Below are positions 1 through 9,465 of a stretch of DNA of 54,444 nt, piece by piece. Source of the DNA: a bacterium (GTDB lineage: Bacteria > Bacillota_I > Bacilli_A > RF39 > UBA660); assembly GCA_030531425.1 (NCBI GenBank), contig JAUNNO010000002.1, positions 1 to 54,444 of the forward strand, given 5' to 3'. The translations under genes were made by a program, and so were the position numbers. Numbering within the stretch: the first letter of the stretch is position 1; every line of letters begins with the position of its first letter. The notes beneath the pieces were generated by a model. It was not told the DNA's origin, made no database searches, and was given only the letters and a program-made list of their open reading frames with translations.

Positions 1-534
1 GTAGTATTAGATTTTACTAATCATATGAAATGTATGGTAAAAATGTCAAGAAAAAATAAAAAAATTAAATTATCTAAAGAAGATAAAATAAAATATATAG
101 ATCAGTTAACTTCATTAAAAAATAGGGCATACTTAAATAGTAAAATTGAATCATGGGATGATTCTGAAATATATCCTCAATCAATAATTATAGTAGATTT
201 AAATAATATTTCTTATATTAATGATAATTATGGTAGAGAAGAAGGAGATAAAGTTATAACTGAAGCTGCTAATATACTTATACAACATCAATTACAAAAT
301 AGTGAGATAATAAGAACAGATGGTAATGAATTTTTAATATATTTAGTAGGATATGATGAAAAGCAAATTATTTCTTATTTAAGAAAGTTAAATAAAGAAT
401 TTAAAACATTATCACATGGATTTGGAGCAGCTAGTGGATATAGTATTATAAATGATGCTATAAAGACAGTTGATGATGCGGTTAATGAGGCAACATTAGA
501 TATGAAAAATAATAAAGAAGATATTGAATACTAA
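1..534 (+). CDS. GGDEF-domain protein, C-terminal part (5' end lies outside the window); signature motif degenerate
   Basis: Frame 1 is open from base 1, so the M at 25 is probably internal. GGDEF-domain pattern VDLNNISYINDNYGREEGD ... RTDGNEFLIYL. The GG[DE]EF position reads DGNEF. Confidence 0.75.
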   Translation, partial: VVLDFTNHMKCMVKMSRKNKKIKLSKEDKIKYIDQLTSLKNRAYLNSKIESWDDSEIYPQSIIIVDLNNISYINDNYGREEGDKVITEAANILIQHQLQNSEIIRTDGNEFLIYLVGYDEKQIISYLRKLNKEFKTLSHGFGAASGYSIINDAIKTVDDAVNEATLDMKNNKEDIEY

Positions 535-596
535 TATCTTCTTTTATTGACTATAATTGTTTTTTAGTGTTATAGTTTCATTAATGTGAGGTATTT

Positions 597-1358
597 ATGA
601 GAATTAATAAAATATTAAGAATAATAAATATAAAATATTATTTGATAATGATAGTTTAATAACTTATGATAATGTTATTTTATCTAATGAATTATTATAT
701 AAAAAAGAAATTGATTTGTCTTTATATAAAAAAATTATTGATGATACTAGTTATTATGAAATATACGATAAAACTGTTAAATATATATTAAAGCGTATGA
801 GAAGTAAAAGTGAAGTTGTTAATTATATAAAAAAATACACAAATGATTTAGATATTATAGATAGTATTATTAATAAGTTGGAGAAAATTAATTTAATAAA
901 TGATAAATTATATTGTAAATCTTTTATTAATGATAACATATTTAAGTTCATATGGTATTAGTAAGATAAAAAATGATTTAATAAAGCAAAATATTAGTGA
1001 AAACATAATAGATGAACAGTTAAATGATTTAGATAAAAATATATTTTCTGAAAGATTGGAAAAAATAGTAAAGAAAAAAATTGAATCTAATAAAAAATAT
1101 TCAAATAATTTTTTAAGGCAAAAATTAATAAATGATTTAATTAATTTAGGATATGATAGAAGTGATATTATAAATATAATAGATAAGCATATAAAAAATG
1201 ATACATCTATTTTAGAATGCGAATATAATAAATTATATAATAGATTAAAATTAAAATATGATGGTATAGAATTTAAAAATAAATTAATACAAAAGCTAAT
1301 TCAAAAAGGTTTTAATAGGGAAGATATATATAATTTAATACAAAAAAAAGAAGATTAA
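597..1358 (+). pseudogene. recX: recX (RecA regulator) interrupted by two frameshifts
   Basis: SD GTGAGG plus ATG 597 opens a RecX-like N-terminus (MRINKI..) that stops at 657-659. The RecX-like reading continues in frame 2 (LFDNDSLITYDNVILSNELLYKKEID..YILKRMRSKSEVVNYIKK..FINDNI) to a stop at 959-961. It resumes in frame 0 (LSSYGISKIKNDLIKQNISENII..) to 1358. Both shifts fall in A/T runs (about 633-636 and 939-943). Confidence 0.6.
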
Positions 1359-1369
1359 TTCTTCTTTTT

Positions 1370-2674
1370 TTATTCTTCAGATGAAGTTTCATCTGATGTT
1401 TCATCTGTAGCCTCTTTTGTATCTTGATCTTCTTTAGAATCTTTATCATCAGAACCATTTATCATTGATTTATAATTTTTCTTTATTTCGTCATCTTTTA
1501 TAGAAAATTTATATTTCTTTCTTAATTCATCCCATTTAGTAGTTGTTAGGCTAGAATCACTTGATAACAAGCTTTCAGCATATTTTTGTTTTACTTCATC
1601 TTTAATATCTTTATATTTTTCTACTTTTGTTGAGCTTACTCTTAAAATTACATGATATCCATAAGTAGTTTTAACCGGTTCTTTAGTATAAGCTCCGTTT
1701 TTTAAATCAAATGCAGCGTTCCAGAATTCTTCAACAACGTCACTTTTTGAAATATCTTCTAATAATCCACCATTTGAATAAGTCTGAGAATCATCAGAAT
1801 TATCTAAAGCTAACTCATCAAATTTTTCTTCTAAACCGTCTTTCTTTGTATCATTTAAAGTATCAATTAGGCTAACAGCTTTTTCATAAGCTTCTTTATC
1901 TGCAGCATCCGCATCTTCAGCTTCACTATCAACTTCTATTAAAATATGTTTAACAGTTAATTTATCAGAGAAGTTTTCTTTATAATAAGCTTTTAATTCT
2001 TCTTCAGATGCTTCATCTCCAATATATTTAGTAACAGCTAATGTTTTTTTGTAATCCTTTGTTACAAAATCATAGAATTGATCTTCATTAGTTATTCCTG
2101 TTAATCCTACATAATTTTGTAAGAATGAAATTAAATCAGTTTTATAATAATCTGCATAGTTTTTATAATAATCGACTATTTCATCAATATATTTTTTATT
2201 ATCACTAGTTAACTTAACTTCTTTATCGGCAATATATTCATCAATCATATTAATTAAAGCTGTTGTACCATTATCATCTTTCATTGATTGATATAAGTCA
2301 TTTGCAGTAAATGTTTTTCCATTTAATGTTGCTACAACATCCTTATTATTAACTTTTGGTATTCTTTTCATACATAATACTAAAATTAATAAAGCGATTA
2401 AAATAACAATTATACAAGTACAAATAACTAATTGTGTATTTTCTAAGAAGTTATTAATTTTTTCATTTGATCCTTTCTTTTCATTTTTTACTTCTACCTT
2501 TTTAGAAATAGGTTCTACATTAATTTTTACATCATTTTTTACTTCAACTTTTTTTTCTTTAGGTGCAACTTTTTTTGTAGAATTATTTTCTTTAGGCACA
2601 TTTTTTTTGACTACATTTTTATTTGTTGTAGTCTTTTTTCCCTTAGTACTCTTTTTCGTAGTTTCCTTTGGCAT
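1370..2674 (-). CDS. membrane-anchored PrsA/SurA-like peptidyl-prolyl isomerase (parvulin type)
   Basis: 434-aa ORF with a Lys-rich N-terminus, one TM helix (LVICTCIIVILIALLILVLCM) and a parvulin motif TYGYHVILRV near the C-terminus. Confidence 0.7.
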   Translation of the reverse strand: MPKETTKKSTKGKKTTTNKNVVKKNVPKENNSTKKVAPKEKKVEVKNDVKINVEPISKKVEVKNEKKGSNEKINNFLENTQLVICTCIIVILIALLILVLCMKRIPKVNNKDVVATLNGKTFTANDLYQSMKDDNGTTALINMIDEYIADKEVKLTSDNKKYIDEIVDYYKNYADYYKTDLISFLQNYVGLTGITNEDQFYDFVTKDYKKTLAVTKYIGDEASEEELKAYYKENFSDKLTVKHILIEVDSEAEDADAADKEAYEKAVSLIDTLNDTKKDGLEEKFDELALDNSDDSQTYSNGGLLEDISKSDVVEEFWNAAFDLKNGAYTKEPVKTTYGYHVILRVSSTKVEKYKDIKDEVKQKYAESLLSSDSSLTTTKWDELRKKYKFSIKDDEIKKNYKSMINGSDDKDSKEDQDTKEATDETSDETSSEE

Positions 2675-2819
2675 TTTTGCCTCTCCTTTCCTATAATACG
2701 ATGTATTTCACCATACAGTTATATTTTAACAAATTGGAAAAGAAAATTCAACATAAACATTCACATATTTACAAAAATTTCATAAAATACTGTGAAAAGA
2801 TAAAAAAGGAGGCAAGATT

Positions 2820-2909
2820 ATGTGTTGTAATAATTCCGGTGTATCTGGTGCTGCTATAGTTTTAGTATTATTTATACTATTAATAATAATACTTGGAGCA
2901 TATATTTAG
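2820..2909 (+). CDS. YjcZ-like tiny transmembrane (sporulation-associated) peptide, 29 aa
   Basis: Below the ORF-track size cutoff. AGGAGG lies about 7 nt upstream of the ATG. Product MCCNNSGVSGAAIVLVLFILLIIILGAYI has the hydrophobic core typical of the tiny-TM/YjcZ family. Confidence 0.5.
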   Translation: MCCNNSGVSGAAIVLVLFILLIIILGAYI

Positions 2910-2918
2910 GAGGGTAGT

Positions 2919-3047
2919 ATGAGTGTAAATAATTCTTGTGATAATAATACAGTATCTAATGTAAGAACAAATACTGGCACAGGTTATATAATATTAATTG
3001 TATTATATATATTATTAGCTATAATATTAGGTTCTTACTGGTATTAG
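2919..3047 (+). CDS. YjcZ-like tiny transmembrane peptide, 42 aa (paralogue of the previous one)
   Basis: AGGAGGG SD then ATG 2919. The product ends GTGYIILIVLYILLAIILGSYWY. A terminator follows immediately. Confidence 0.5.
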   Translation: MSVNNSCDNNTVSNVRTNTGTGYIILIVLYILLAIILGSYWY

Positions 3048-3049
3048 AA

Positions 3050-3071
3050 AAGAGGTTAACCTCTTTTTTTT
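3050..3071 (+). terminator. intrinsic terminator after the two small peptide genes
   Basis: GAGG-UUAA-CCUC hairpin followed by a T8 run. Confidence 0.6.
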
Positions 3072-3082
3072 ACTTATTAAAT

Positions 3083-3850
3083 GTGGTACAATGTATTAGG
3101 TGGTACCATGATTATGTACATATCAATTCTAAAATATATGATGATATAAAGCCAGTTATAACAAAAATTAATAAAGATGATAATATAAAATCTGTAATCA
3201 ATGTGGGATTTGATATTCTTTCATCACAAGAAAGTGTAAAAATATCAGAATATAATAAAAAATTTTTTAGTTCAATTGGAATTCATCCATTATATAGTGA
3301 AAATAATTCTTGTGATAATTTATATAATTTAGTTAGTGATAAAGTTGTAGCTATAGGCGAAATTGGACTAGATTATTTAAATAAAAATATAGAGATTCAA
3401 AAACAATTTTTAATAAAACAAATTGCTATTGCAAATGCTTTAAAACTTCCTGTAATTATACATTCTAATAATATGAATAACGAAGTAATAAAAGTGTTTG
3501 AAAATTGTATTAAACCAAAATATGGCTGTGTATTTCATTGCTTTCAACTAGATATTGAATCATTAAAATATATAATAGAAAATGGGTTTTATATATCTTT
3601 TGCTGGTAGAATTACTTACAAGAATGCTAAAGAATCTATAGAAATAGCTAAATTAATTCCAAATGAATTATTTTTAATAGAAACCGATAGCCCTTATATA
3701 TCACCAGAACCAGTAAGACAAGAAATAAATCAGCCTTCTAATATAATATATATAGAAAATAAATTATGTGAAATAAAAAATATGTCTAAAATAGAGTTAG
3801 AAGAAAAAGTTAATTCAAATACAAAAAAATTATTTAAGAAAATGAGGTAA
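3083..3850 (+). CDS. TatD-family metal-dependent hydrolase/DNase (start codon uncertain)
   Basis: TatD/YabD pattern: IGIHPLY, EIGLDY, VIIHSNN, VFHCF, ETDSPY. No in-frame ATG at the 5' end. The track start is GTG 3083 without an SD, and AGGTGG (3098-3103) plus ATG 3108 is in another frame. Confidence 0.75.
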   Translation: MVQCIRWYHDYVHINSKIYDDIKPVITKINKDDNIKSVINVGFDILSSQESVKISEYNKKFFSSIGIHPLYSENNSCDNLYNLVSDKVVAIGEIGLDYLNKNIEIQKQFLIKQIAIANALKLPVIIHSNNMNNEVIKVFENCIKPKYGCVFHCFQLDIESLKYIIENGFYISFAGRITYKNAKESIEIAKLIPNELFLIETDSPYISPEPVRQEINQPSNIIYIENKLCEIKNMSKIELEEKVNSNTKKLFKKMR

Positions 3851-3854
3851 TAAT

Positions 3855-4979
3855 ATGATATATTTAGATTATAGTGCAACTACAAAAACAAGTGATGAAG
3901 TATTAGATACTTTTTGTAAGGCATCTAGTTTTATTGGTAACCCTAATTCATTACACAAATTAGGGTTAGAATCTAAAAATTTAATTGAAGCATCAACTAA
4001 CAAAATAGCAGAGTTATTAAATGTTAAACCTAGTGAAGTAATATATACTAGTGGTTCTAGTGAATCTAATAATTTAGCTATTAAAGGAATATGTGATAAA
4101 TATAAAAATAGAGGTAAACATATTATCACAACATCATTAGAACATTCATCTATATATGGACCTATAAATTATTTATTGGATAATGGATATAGTTGTGACT
4201 TTGTAAAATTAGATGAGTTTGGAAGAGTAGATATAGAAGATTTAAAAAGATTAATTACAGATGATACTATTCTTGTTAGTATAAATGCAGTAAATAGCGA
4301 AATTGGAGTACTTCAACCAATTGATGAAATAGGGCGTCTTTTAAAAAAATATCCTAAATGTTTTTTTCATTCAGATATGACACAAGCAATTGGTAAAGTA
4401 AATATAGATTTATCTAATGTAGATTTAGTAAGTTTTTCAGCACATAAATTTTTTGGAATTAAAGGTATTGGTGTTTTAATAAAAAAAGATAAAATAGATA
4501 TTACACCAATTATACATGGAGGAAAAAGTACAACTATTTATAGAAGTGGAACCCCTTGTACTCCGTTAATTGCGTCTCTTGCAAAAGCTTTGCGTCTAGC
4601 GCTTTTTAATTCATCTTCTAAATATGATGAAGTATTAAAGTTAAATAAATATTTAAAATCTAAATTAGAAAAATATGATAAAGTAAAAATAAATAGTAAC
4701 GATAAATGTATTCCGCATATATTAAATATAAGTATTTTGGGTGTTAAACCAGAAACTATGTTACATGCATTAGAAGAATATGATATATATATATCTACAC
4801 AAAGTGCATGTTCTAATACAAATACTAAGTCTAAAGCTGTATTAGCTCTTACTGGTGATATAAAAAGAGCAGAGTCAAGTATTAGAATAAGTATATCTAG
4901 TATAACTACAAAAGAAGAATTAGATGAGTTTATCAAGTGTTTTGATATATGTTATAATAAACTTACAAATATAAGGTAG
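3855..4979 (+). CDS. cysteine desulfurase (NifS/IscS-like, class V aminotransferase)
   Basis: 374 aa. PLP-lysine motif SAHKFFGIKGIG, plus TSLEHSS and an active-site loop STQSACS. Confidence 0.85.
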   Translation: MIYLDYSATTKTSDEVLDTFCKASSFIGNPNSLHKLGLESKNLIEASTNKIAELLNVKPSEVIYTSGSSESNNLAIKGICDKYKNRGKHIITTSLEHSSIYGPINYLLDNGYSCDFVKLDEFGRVDIEDLKRLITDDTILVSINAVNSEIGVLQPIDEIGRLLKKYPKCFFHSDMTQAIGKVNIDLSNVDLVSFSAHKFFGIKGIGVLIKKDKIDITPIIHGGKSTTIYRSGTPCTPLIASLAKALRLALFNSSSKYDEVLKLNKYLKSKLEKYDKVKINSNDKCIPHILNISILGVKPETMLHALEEYDIYISTQSACSNTNTKSKAVLALTGDIKRAESSIRISISSITTKEELDEFIKCFDICYNKLTNIR

Positions 4980-4985
4980 TGATTT

Positions 4986-5228
4986 ATGAAAATTATAAAA
5001 ATTGAAGCTATATGGTGTAGCAGTTGTATAATTATGAAATCTAGATTTAATGATATTATTAAAGATAAGAATATAGAAGTTATATCACTAGATTATGATA
5101 CTAGTGATATAACAAATTATAATATAGGAGATATACTTCCTGTATACATTAGATTTGATAATGAATGTGAGACATCTAGATTGATAGGAGAACATACTAA
5201 AGAAGAATTAGAAAGGTTTTTGAGTTGA
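4986..5228 (+). CDS. small thioredoxin-fold protein (WCSSC redox motif)
   Basis: 80 aa with a CxxC (WCSSC) near the N-terminus. Its stop overlaps the next start (TGATG). Confidence 0.55.
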   Translation: MKIIKIEAIWCSSCIIMKSRFNDIIKDKNIEVISLDYDTSDITNYNIGDILPVYIRFDNECETSRLIGEHTKEELERFLS

Positions 5229-6397
5229 TGAAGAAGTTTTTGTTTTGGTTAATTTTAATGTTTTTATTCATGCCTTGTATATTGGCTAAAAATGTTACTG
5301 TAAATATATTTCATAGTAATTCTTGTCCCCATTGTAAAAGTGAATTAGAATTTTTAGATAATTTAGATTTTGTAGATGTAAAAAAGTATGAAGTAAGTAC
5401 TTATTCAAAATTATATGATAAAGTAGTAGATAAGCTTAATATAAATACATCATCAGTACCTGTTACTATAATTGGAACAGATTATAAAATAGGTTATAGT
5501 GATGATATAAAAGAAGAAATTTTAGATATGATATCTTCTTACCAAGATAAAGATTATTGTGATGCGGTTAGTTTAATAATAAAAAATGAATCATTAACAT
5601 CATGTCTCAAAAAAAATAAAGGTATTTATAAAAGTAGTTTAGATAAATCTATAAAAATATTTAATAAAACTATAAAGTTTAATGTAAAAGATGTGTCATT
5701 ACCACTTATTTCTATATTAATAGGTTTTTTAGATGGATTTAATCCATGCGCTATGTGGGTATTAATATTTTTAATAAGTATGTTATTTAATATGAAGGAT
5801 AAAAAGAAGATGTGGATTTTAGGACTTACTTTCTTAGTGGTATCCGCATTAGTATATTTAGTATTCATGCTTGGTATTTTAACTGTAGCAAATAGTATAG
5901 GTAATATATTTAAATATATTATTGGAGTTGTTGCTATAGTAGGTGGTTTAATTAATTTAAAAAGTTTTATAAAAAGTTTAAATAAAGATACAGGATGTCA
6001 AGTTACAAATAAAAATCAAAGGAAAAAAATAACTAATAGAATAATTAAATATATAAATGAGAAAAACTTTATATTATCATTACTTGGTATATCAGCTCTT
6101 GCAGTATCTGTTAATTTAATAGAACTTGCTTGTTCTGCTGGACTTCCTACTATGTTTATTGAAATACTTTCTTTAAATAATTTAAATAGTTTAGAATATA
6201 TTTTATATATGGCATTATATATAATAATGTTTATGTTAGATGATATAATTATTTTTGTAATAGCAATGACTACATTAAAAATAACTGGTATATCAAATAA
6301 ATATACTAAATATTCACACCTTATAGGTGGAATTATAATGTTTATTATAGGAATACTTATGATATTTAAAACTGATTGGTTAATGTTTAATTTTTAG
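5228..6397 (+). CDS. secreted thioredoxin/glutaredoxin-like domain fused to a CcdA/DsbD-like multi-pass membrane domain
   Basis: Signal-like N-terminus, CPHC motif, then about 6 TM helices with conserved Cys in GFNPCAMWVL and LIELACSAGLP. Confidence 0.6.
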   Translation: MKKFLFWLILMFLFMPCILAKNVTVNIFHSNSCPHCKSELEFLDNLDFVDVKKYEVSTYSKLYDKVVDKLNINTSSVPVTIIGTDYKIGYSDDIKEEILDMISSYQDKDYCDAVSLIIKNESLTSCLKKNKGIYKSSLDKSIKIFNKTIKFNVKDVSLPLISILIGFLDGFNPCAMWVLIFLISMLFNMKDKKKMWILGLTFLVVSALVYLVFMLGILTVANSIGNIFKYIIGVVAIVGGLINLKSFIKSLNKDTGCQVTNKNQRKKITNRIIKYINEKNFILSLLGISALAVSVNLIELACSAGLPTMFIEILSLNNLNSLEYILYMALYIIMFMLDDIIIFVIAMTTLKITGISNKYTKYSHLIGGIIMFIIGILMIFKTDWLMFNF

Positions 6398-6428
6398 TTT
6401 ACACTAACTTGTGTAAACTTTTTATTTT
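6397..6428 (+). terminator. intrinsic terminator
   Basis: GTTTACAC-TAACTT-GTGTAAAC hairpin followed by TTTTTATTTT. Confidence 0.7.
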
Positions 6429-6495
6429 GATGATTCATTTCCTTGACAAGCTATCTTATGAATTTGTTATAATTAATGTATAAGGAAGGTATGTT

Positions 6496-7326
6496 ATGGA
6501 AATAATTGATGGAAAAACTATAAGTTTAGAAATAGAAGAAGAAATAAAACGTGATGCTAAAGGTTGTATTATAAGACCAAGCGTTGCTGTAATAGAAATA
6601 GGAGATTTTGATGAAAATAAAATACATGTTAAATTAAAAGAAGAAGCATGTTCTAAAACGGGCATTTATTTTAGATATTTTAAGTTTGATGATACAACAC
6701 CAGAACTTACTATAGTAAATAAAATAAAAGAGTTAAATAATGATGATTATGTAAATGGTATAATGATACAACTGCCAATACCAGAAAAATATAACGAAAA
6801 AAGACTTCTTAATACTATAATAAATAGTAAGGATGTAGATGGCTTAACTGATATAAATGTAGGAAGATTAATAAGTGGTAGAAAATCTATTACTCCTCCT
6901 TCTGTACTTGCTATTATGGAACTTTTCAAAAGATATAATATTGAATTAAAAGGAAAAGATATAACTATAGTTGGTAAAGGTAAATTAATAGGTAGACCAC
7001 TAATTAATGTTTTATTAAATGAAGGAGCTACAGTTACAATTTGCCATAGTGAAACAAAAGATTTAAAATCTCATACAATTGGAGCTGATATAATAATAAG
7101 TGCAACAGGAGTTAAAAATTTAATAAAAGAAGATATGGTTAAAGAGGATGTAGTTGTAATAGATGCGGGTGTAACTATAGAAAATAACAAAGTATATGGT
7201 GATGTTGATTTTAACTCTGTATCTAAAAAAGCCTCATTTATAACTAAATCAACTGGAGGAGTAGGACCTGTTAATATAGCTATGTTTTTGAAAAATGTAT
7301 TAATGTGTTATAATAATAAGAAATAA
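6496..7326 (+). CDS. folD: bifunctional methylenetetrahydrofolate dehydrogenase/cyclohydrolase
   Basis: 276 aa. FolD pattern IDGK..., IMIQLPIP, DVDGL, VGKGKLIGRPL, GGVGPVNIAM. Confidence 0.9.
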   Translation: MEIIDGKTISLEIEEEIKRDAKGCIIRPSVAVIEIGDFDENKIHVKLKEEACSKTGIYFRYFKFDDTTPELTIVNKIKELNNDDYVNGIMIQLPIPEKYNEKRLLNTIINSKDVDGLTDINVGRLISGRKSITPPSVLAIMELFKRYNIELKGKDITIVGKGKLIGRPLINVLLNEGATVTICHSETKDLKSHTIGADIIISATGVKNLIKEDMVKEDVVVIDAGVTIENNKVYGDVDFNSVSKKASFITKSTGGVGPVNIAMFLKNVLMCYNNKK

Positions 7327-7355
7327 ATTATTTCTTATTTTTTTGGGGAGGTTAT

Positions 7356-8222
7356 ATGTTAGGAGCAATTATAGGAGATGTTGCAGGATCAACATATGAA
7401 GTAGAAGAGATTAAACTATTAAAAACGAAAAATATAAATTATAATGATAGAATAAAAATATTATCAAAAGAAGTACCTTTATTTAATGACCGATCTTCTT
7501 ATACTGATGATACAGTTTTAACTACTTCTATCGCTTCATCTATTTTAAATAATAAAAATTATAATGATACTTTAAAAGAATTTGGACTTAGAGAATTAAG
7601 TCTTGGACTTGATAAATATGGAAGATGCAGATTCTCAAAGGGTTTTGTAGATTGGTTAGGTAGTGATTATGTAGGATCATCATATGGAAATGGATGCGCT
7701 ATGAGAATTAGTCCTATAGCTAATTATTTTGATTCTATACAAGATATAACATATAATACTTTCCTAGCAACATATCCATCACATAATAATGCTGAATCAT
7801 ATAAAGCTTCTCTAGCAGTATCTTATAGTATTTATCTTGCAAAATGTAAAAAATCAAAAAATTATATAAAAAATGTAATAGAGAGATTATTTAATTATAA
7901 CCTAGATTTTGATTTAAATGATTTACAACACAATTATCTCTTTTCAAGTAGAGCAAGTAAAAGTGTTCCACAAGCAATATATTGTTTTTTAATATCTAAT
8001 GATTTTGAAGACGCTATTAGAAATTCAATTTCTATAGGTGGAGATACTGATACTATAGCTTCAATTACAGGAGCTATTTCTGAAGCATATTATGGAATAG
8101 ATAAATCTATAATATGTGATGTAGAAAAATATTTACCAGATTATGTTATAGATATAACAAATAAATTTTATAAAGAGTTAAATAAAGAAGAACCATTTAA
8201 ACAAAAACAAAAGTCTATTTAG
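7356..8222 (+). CDS. ADP-ribosylglycohydrolase family protein
   Basis: N-terminal GAIIGDVAGS, YTDDT, and C-terminal GGDTDTIASITGAISEAYYG. Confidence 0.8.
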   Translation: MLGAIIGDVAGSTYEVEEIKLLKTKNINYNDRIKILSKEVPLFNDRSSYTDDTVLTTSIASSILNNKNYNDTLKEFGLRELSLGLDKYGRCRFSKGFVDWLGSDYVGSSYGNGCAMRISPIANYFDSIQDITYNTFLATYPSHNNAESYKASLAVSYSIYLAKCKKSKNYIKNVIERLFNYNLDFDLNDLQHNYLFSSRASKSVPQAIYCFLISNDFEDAIRNSISIGGDTDTIASITGAISEAYYGIDKSIICDVEKYLPDYVIDITNKFYKELNKEEPFKQKQKSI

Positions 8223-8230
8223 GCTTTTGT

Positions 8231-9361
8231 TTATTTTATTATAACACTCTGTTTAAATTCTTTTTCTATAAATTCAGTTTTATTTTTTATTTTTTTATTC
8301 ATGCTTAATATAGTATTAATTCTTAAATCATTATTTAAATATTTATCTACATATTTAGTAAGTATTTCAATATCTATTTCTTTTTTAATACTATTTAAAT
8401 ATTTTTTACCTTTACTGTTAAATCCTAATACTCTAATATATTCCAATTTCAAGTTAGAACATTCTTCTTTTGTTATAGAAAGTAGTATAAAAAGTAGTAT
8501 TCTTTTTAATCTATTATATGTATATCTTTTAGTTTTAAGCTTATTTAATAGTTCATCAAAACTAAAACAGAAGTTAATACAATTTTTAATTCTATTAGAT
8601 ATATTATCATCAACATTATTATAAATAGTTAAATCTTTTGTACTAATGATTTTATATTTTAAATAATCAAAATAATCATCTATAAATATAGCATTTTTTA
8701 TATTTTTATATGAATATCTTGGTACATATTTATTATATCTTTTATTATTTTTTATTAAATTTCTAATACTTGTCGCACTAGATATTTTACCTTCAGTTTT
8801 AACATTATTATAATTATTACACCTTTTTATTGTTATTGGTTTAATATTATAATTGTTTCTTATAATTTCTTTTATATAACAAAGAGCAAGTATATCATTT
8901 GGAGTATTAATATCATATCCTGTTATATCTTTTAATGCCCTAGATAGTGCGGTAGGATAATTTATACCAGTATTAATATATTTTTTTACTAATAAATTAT
9001 AATCTTTGTTATTTAATTGAATATTAGAAAGATTTATTAATTTATTAATATCATTACATTCACTTCCAAATATTATAGTATCACATTTAAGTTTATTTAA
9101 AACTTCAATTGCTCCTTTAGCAAAAAAGTCTGCACTTTGAATAAATTTATAAGGAAGTTCAACTACTAAATCAACCCCATAATTAAGTGCTATATCAGTT
9201 TTTTTAAATTTATCAATCATACTTAAATCACCACGTTCAGTAATCCAACCAGATAAAACTAATATAATATTACTATTAGGATATAACTCTTTAATTTTTT
9301 TTAAATGTAATAAGTGTCCATAATGAAATGGATTATATTCACAAATAATACCTATATTCAT
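8231..9361 (-). CDS. tmcAL: tRNA(Met) cytidine acetate ligase (YlbM/TmcAL nucleotidyltransferase)
   Basis: MNIGIICEYNPFHYGHLLHLKK (HxGH nucleotidyltransferase motif). Start placed at ATG 9361 behind GGTGA rather than the track start 9394. Confidence 0.8.
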   Translation of the reverse strand: MNIGIICEYNPFHYGHLLHLKKIKELYPNSNIILVLSGWITERGDLSMIDKFKKTDIALNYGVDLVVELPYKFIQSADFFAKGAIEVLNKLKCDTIIFGSECNDINKLINLSNIQLNNKDYNLLVKKYINTGINYPTALSRALKDITGYDINTPNDILALCYIKEIIRNNYNIKPITIKRCNNYNNVKTEGKISSATSIRNLIKNNKRYNKYVPRYSYKNIKNAIFIDDYFDYLKYKIISTKDLTIYNNVDDNISNRIKNCINFCFSFDELLNKLKTKRYTYNRLKRILLFILLSITKEECSNLKLEYIRVLGFNSKGKKYLNSIKKEIDIEILTKYVDKYLNNDLRINTILSMNKKIKNKTEFIEKEFKQSVIIK

Positions 9362-9414
9362 GCACATCACCAGATATACTATATCATATTTCAAAAAAAA
9401 TAAAAACTGTAAAG

Positions 9415-9465
9415 AACAAGTAAATTTTCATGATTTCTGAAAAAATTACTTGTTTTTTTTTTTTT
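9415..9465 (+). terminator. strong hairpin plus T13 tract in the divergent tmcAL/pilin intergenic region (attenuator or promoter-spacer element)
   Basis: AACAAGUAA/UUACUUGUU outer stem and UUUUCA/UGAAAA inner stem, then 13 consecutive T (9453-9465). A TAAAAT -10-like hexamer lies at 9470-9475. Confidence 0.5.

Noticed and set aside
900-1358. Independent 152-aa gene
   Set aside because: Its first 14 codons are out-of-frame read-through of the recX middle section. From YGISKIKNDL onward it is simply the C-terminal two thirds of recX.
2668-2859. 63-aa plus-strand ORF
   Set aside because: It starts inside the prsA-like start region and has no SD. The real coding signal here is the SD-preceded 29-aa peptide in another frame.
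3869-4936. Antisense ORFs inside the cysteine desulfurase gene. The same class occurs at 5626..5868, 6456..6929, 8301..8624, 9644..10300, 15330..15997, 20412..20651, 31411..31719, 32212..32676, 36463..36798, 37297..37485, 40518..40772, 42565..43152, 50101..50655 and 52792..52989.
   Set aside because: All lie opposite well-supported genes, lack SDs and have shadow-ORF composition.
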